Positions 61,058-64,000 of a DNA stretch of 64,000 nucleotides are shown in pieces (positions within the stretch are counted from its first letter, which is position 1; each line of letters begins with the position of its first letter). Below the pieces are notes generated by a model, which was not told the DNA's origin, did no database searches, and was given only the letters and a program-made list of their open reading frames with translations. The DNA is from Minisyncoccota bacterium (lineage in GTDB: Bacteria > Patescibacteriota > Minisyncoccia > Phycocordibacterales > CAIZLB01). The stretch covers positions 40,649-104,648 of the forward strand of contig DASWWM010000013.1 in assembly GCA_036405975.1 (NCBI GenBank). Reading direction: 5' to 3'. Made by a program: the position numbers and the translations under genes.

Positions 61058-64000
61058 ATGCGCCAGAAAAAGTATTTTTCTAGGTTCAAGGAGCCGCTAG
61101 CACCGCTCCCTAACCTGGTGGAAGGTCAGATCGAATCTTATAAATGGTTATTGGACAAGGGACTCAAGGAGGTATTCAGCGAGTTCGTGAATATCAAGGA
61201 CTACTCGGACAAGAAGTTCGAGTTGGACTTCACAGGCTTTGAGATCGTAGCTCCCAAGTATGACGAGTTTCATGCGAAGGAAAACAAGATGAACTTCGAA
61301 GGGGGCCTCAAGGTCATGGTAAAGCTCAAGAACAAGATCCTCGGCTCAACTAAGGAACAGGAGATCTTCATGGCCGACTTCCCGATGATGACGGACCACG
61401 GTACGTTCATCATTAACGGTATTGAGCGACTCATCGTTCCGCAGATCATCCGATCATACGGAGCCTTTTTCACGTCCCAGGAAGTGAAAGGCAAGAATTA
61501 CTTTGGAGCGAAAATCATCCCTGCGCGAGGCGCATGGATCGAGATCGAGAGCGATGCCGACGGAGCTGTCTACGTTCGAATCGACAGAAAGCGAAAGTTC
61601 CCAGTGACTTCGCTTCTTCGATCGTTCGGAGTAGAGACTGACTCTGACATCAAGGATCTTTTCAAGGATAGCCAGTACGGAAAGCAGTATATCGAGGCGA
61701 CTCTTGCGAAGGATCATGCAAAGACAAAAGAAGAAGCGTACATCGAAATCCACAAGCGACTTCGAGACGGAGACCTCGCTACGGCTGAAAATGCCCGAGA
61801 CTTCTTCAACTCTCTCATGAGCGCGGAGCGATACGACCTTTCAAAGGTCGGACGATTCCGATTCAACCAGCGATTCGGCAAGGACATGGGTGAGAAGGCC
61901 CTCTCACAGATGACCCTTACAGTCGATGACCTCGTATCTACGATCAAGATGCTCATCGAGCTCAACCATAACCCTCTTGCGGTTAAGGACGATATCGACC
62001 ACCTCGGTTCCCGACGAGTGCGATTCGTAGGAGAGCTCCTCCAGCAGAAGATCCGAGTCGGTATGACTCAGATCAAGCGAAACATTCAGAACCGAATGTC
62101 TACTATTGATACGGATGCGAACCTTCCGGTTCAGTTCATCTCTCCTCGACCTCTCCAGGCTCGAATCAAGGAATTCTTCACGACGAACCAGCTATCGCAG
62201 TTCATGTCACAGGAAAATATCCTTGCGGAAATCGAACATCTCCGAAGAATCTCTGCCCTAGGACAGGGAGGTCTTACGCGAGAGCGAGCAGGTATCGAAG
62301 TTCGAGACGTACACCCTTCGCATTACGGACGAATCTGCCCGATTCATACGCCTGAAGGTCAGAACATCGGTCTCGTACTCCAGCTTGCGACATATGCGCG
62401 GGTAAACCACTTCGGTATGATCGAGACTCCGTACGCAAAGGTTAAGGACGGAAAGATCACTAAGGAAATCGTATACCTCAATGCGCTTGAGGAAGAGGGG
62501 CATAAGATCGCCCATGCCGCTACTAAGTATGACGAAAAAGGCAATATCGAAGAGGAAATCGTGGAAGTTCGAATCAAGGGCGAGCCGGTTCTCATCAGCC
62601 GAGACGAAGTTGACTTCATCGACGTTGCTCCTGAGCAGGCATTCTCTATCTCGACTTCAATGATTCCATTCTTGAACCACGACGATGCCAACCGAGCGCT
62701 CATGGGTTCAAACATGCAGAAGCAGGCCACTCCTTGCATCGTTCCTGAGGCACCATTGGTTGCGACAGGTATCGAGGAGAAGGCTGCGCAGGATACGGGC
62801 CGAGTCATTCTTGCTCCTGAGGAAGGAACCATCATTGCGGTAGACGCAAAGAAGATTGTTCTTAAGGGCGCAAAGAAGGAGCACGAGTTCCGACTTGCGA
62901 CATACAGCCGAACGAACCAGTTCACGGCTTCTCATCAGCGACCAACGGTTTCTCTCAACCAGAAAGTCAAGCGAGGCGATGTCCTTGCTGACACATCTAC
63001 GTCTGTAGACGGACAGATGGCTCTCGGGCAGAACTGCCTCATCGCCTTCATGGCATGGTCTGGAGCAAACTACGAAGATGCCATCATCCTTTCAGAGCGA
63101 CTCGTTAAGGACTCTAAGTTCACAACGGTTCATATCGAGGAATTCGTCATCAATGTACGAGACACGAAGCTTGGTCCCGAAGTCACGACTCACGACATTC
63201 CAAACGTTGGCGAGAACCGACTGAAGAATCTCGACGTAGACGGAGTCATCCGAGTGGGTGCCGAAGTTCGACCTGGCGATATCATCGTCGGAAAGATCAC
63301 GCCTAAGACTGAGACTCAGCTTACGCCTGAAGAGCGACTTCTCCGATCAATCTTCGGAGAGAAGTCACGAGACGTGAAGGACACATCAAAGCGACTCGAA
63401 AACGGAAAGAAGGGACGAGTCATCGGCGTGAAGGTCTTCTCACGAGAGAAGGGCGACAAGCTCGACTCAGGAATCATCAAGCGAATCCACGTTGAGGTTG
63501 CGGTCCTCCGAAACATCTCAGTGGGTGACAAGCTTGCCGGACGACACGGAAACAAGGGAGTTATCTCTCGAATCCTTCCTGTCGAAGACATGCCATTCAT
63601 GGAAGACGGAACTCCTGTGGACATGATCCTTACGCCGCTCGGTGTACCGTCTCGAATGAACCTCGGTCAGATCCTCGAGCTCCACCTCGGACTCGCGGCC
63701 AAGACTTTGAACTACCAGGCCGTAGTTCCTCCTTTTGCCGGAGCGACTGTAGACGAAGTTAAGAAGGAACTCGTAAATGCCGGTTTCAACGAAAGCGGCA
63801 AGATGAAGCTCTTCGACGGACGAACTGGAGAGAAGTTCGAGCAGGATATCGCGGTCGGATACATGTATATCCTCAAGCTTCACCACATGGTGGACGACAA
63901 GATCCACATGCGATCAATCGGTCCGTACTCTCTCATCACGCAGCAGCCTCTTGGAGGAAAGGCGCAGGGAGGAGGACAGCGATTCGGAGAAATGGAAGTG
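61058..64000 (+). CDS. rpoB: RNA polymerase beta subunit, 3'-truncated
   Basis: Read by hand: GTFIINGIER, DDIDHLGSRR, RALMGSNMQKQA, GDKLAGRHGNKG, PSRMNLGQ, ending GGQRFGEMEV at the window edge. Confidence 0.98.
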   Translation, partial: MRQKKYFSRFKEPLAPLPNLVEGQIESYKWLLDKGLKEVFSEFVNIKDYSDKKFELDFTGFEIVAPKYDEFHAKENKMNFEGGLKVMVKLKNKILGSTKEQEIFMADFPMMTDHGTFIINGIERLIVPQIIRSYGAFFTSQEVKGKNYFGAKIIPARGAWIEIESDADGAVYVRIDRKRKFPVTSLLRSFGVETDSDIKDLFKDSQYGKQYIEATLAKDHAKTKEEAYIEIHKRLRDGDLATAENARDFFNSLMSAERYDLSKVGRFRFNQRFGKDMGEKALSQMTLTVDDLVSTIKMLIELNHNPLAVKDDIDHLGSRRVRFVGELLQQKIRVGMTQIKRNIQNRMSTIDTDANLPVQFISPRPLQARIKEFFTTNQLSQFMSQENILAEIEHLRRISALGQGGLTRERAGIEVRDVHPSHYGRICPIHTPEGQNIGLVLQLATYARVNHFGMIETPYAKVKDGKITKEIVYLNALEEEGHKIAHAATKYDEKGNIEEEIVEVRIKGEPVLISRDEVDFIDVAPEQAFSISTSMIPFLNHDDANRALMGSNMQKQATPCIVPEAPLVATGIEEKAAQDTGRVILAPEEGTIIAVDAKKIVLKGAKKEHEFRLATYSRTNQFTASHQRPTVSLNQKVKRGDVLADTSTSVDGQMALGQNCLIAFMAWSGANYEDAIILSERLVKDSKFTTVHIEEFVINVRDTKLGPEVTTHDIPNVGENRLKNLDVDGVIRVGAEVRPGDIIVGKITPKTETQLTPEERLLRSIFGEKSRDVKDTSKRLENGKKGRVIGVKVFSREKGDKLDSGIIKRIHVEVAVLRNISVGDKLAGRHGNKGVISRILPVEDMPFMEDGTPVDMILTPLGVPSRMNLGQILELHLGLAAKTLNYQAVVPPFAGATVDEVKKELVNAGFNESGKMKLFDGRTGEKFEQDIAVGYMYILKLHHMVDDKIHMRSIGPYSLITQQPLGGKAQGGGQRFGEMEV

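Noticed and set aside
1-64000. CRISPR array, integrase/prophage, transposase, reverse transcriptase/DGR, rRNA
   Set aside because: No spaced direct repeats or diagnostic motifs seen; the 77-bp duplication differs at one base only and no RT gene is present
1-64000. TGA recoding (genetic code 25)
   Set aside because: Conserved genes are uninterrupted under code 11 and ORFs end in TGA next to terminators (45703, 53202)

Overview
Core-genome stretch of a small-genome bacterium, most likely Patescibacteria/CPR of the Parcubacteria type. This taxonomy is inferred from the compact RpoB, short EF-Ts, minimal PheRS, split transketolase, khpA-trmD without adjacent rimM, giant Ser/Thr/Gly-rich surface proteins and near absence of Shine-Dalgarno motifs. 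TGA is used as stop, consistent with code 11. Content: a 5'-truncated giant adhesin; gap-rpiB-rpe-tktN-tktC; FAD oxidase and PfkB kinase; rplY, a coiled-coil lytic transglycosylase, rpmE, prfA, a pilin, rpsB-tsf; tRNA-Thr, -Arg and -Phe; peptidoglycan-binding surface proteins; GT2; pheST; capA, lemA, htpX, aquaporin; rnpB; murJ, mscL, dsbA/dsbB; typA; a MacAB-like exporter; lepA; trmD; and a 3'-truncated rpoB. The most promising candidate new system is a metal-homeostasis locus at 41.7-44.8 kb. There, a Fur/Zur regulator and a His-tailed YibE/F membrane protein are divergent from an unannotated uORF, a 55-aa Cys-rich peptide, a terminator and a CooC-like ATPase, with a TGCAA-N5-TTGCA operator overlapping the promoter. 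Other highlights: pervasive leaderless promoter architecture with bidirectional -10 boxes, CGA as the dominant Arg codon in core genes, a tRNA-linked structured element complementary to its own tRNA, a long structured RNA before a stand-alone IMP cyclohydrolase, an expanded RNase P RNA and tRNA-Phe with G37. All calls were made by eye from motifs; no database searches were run.
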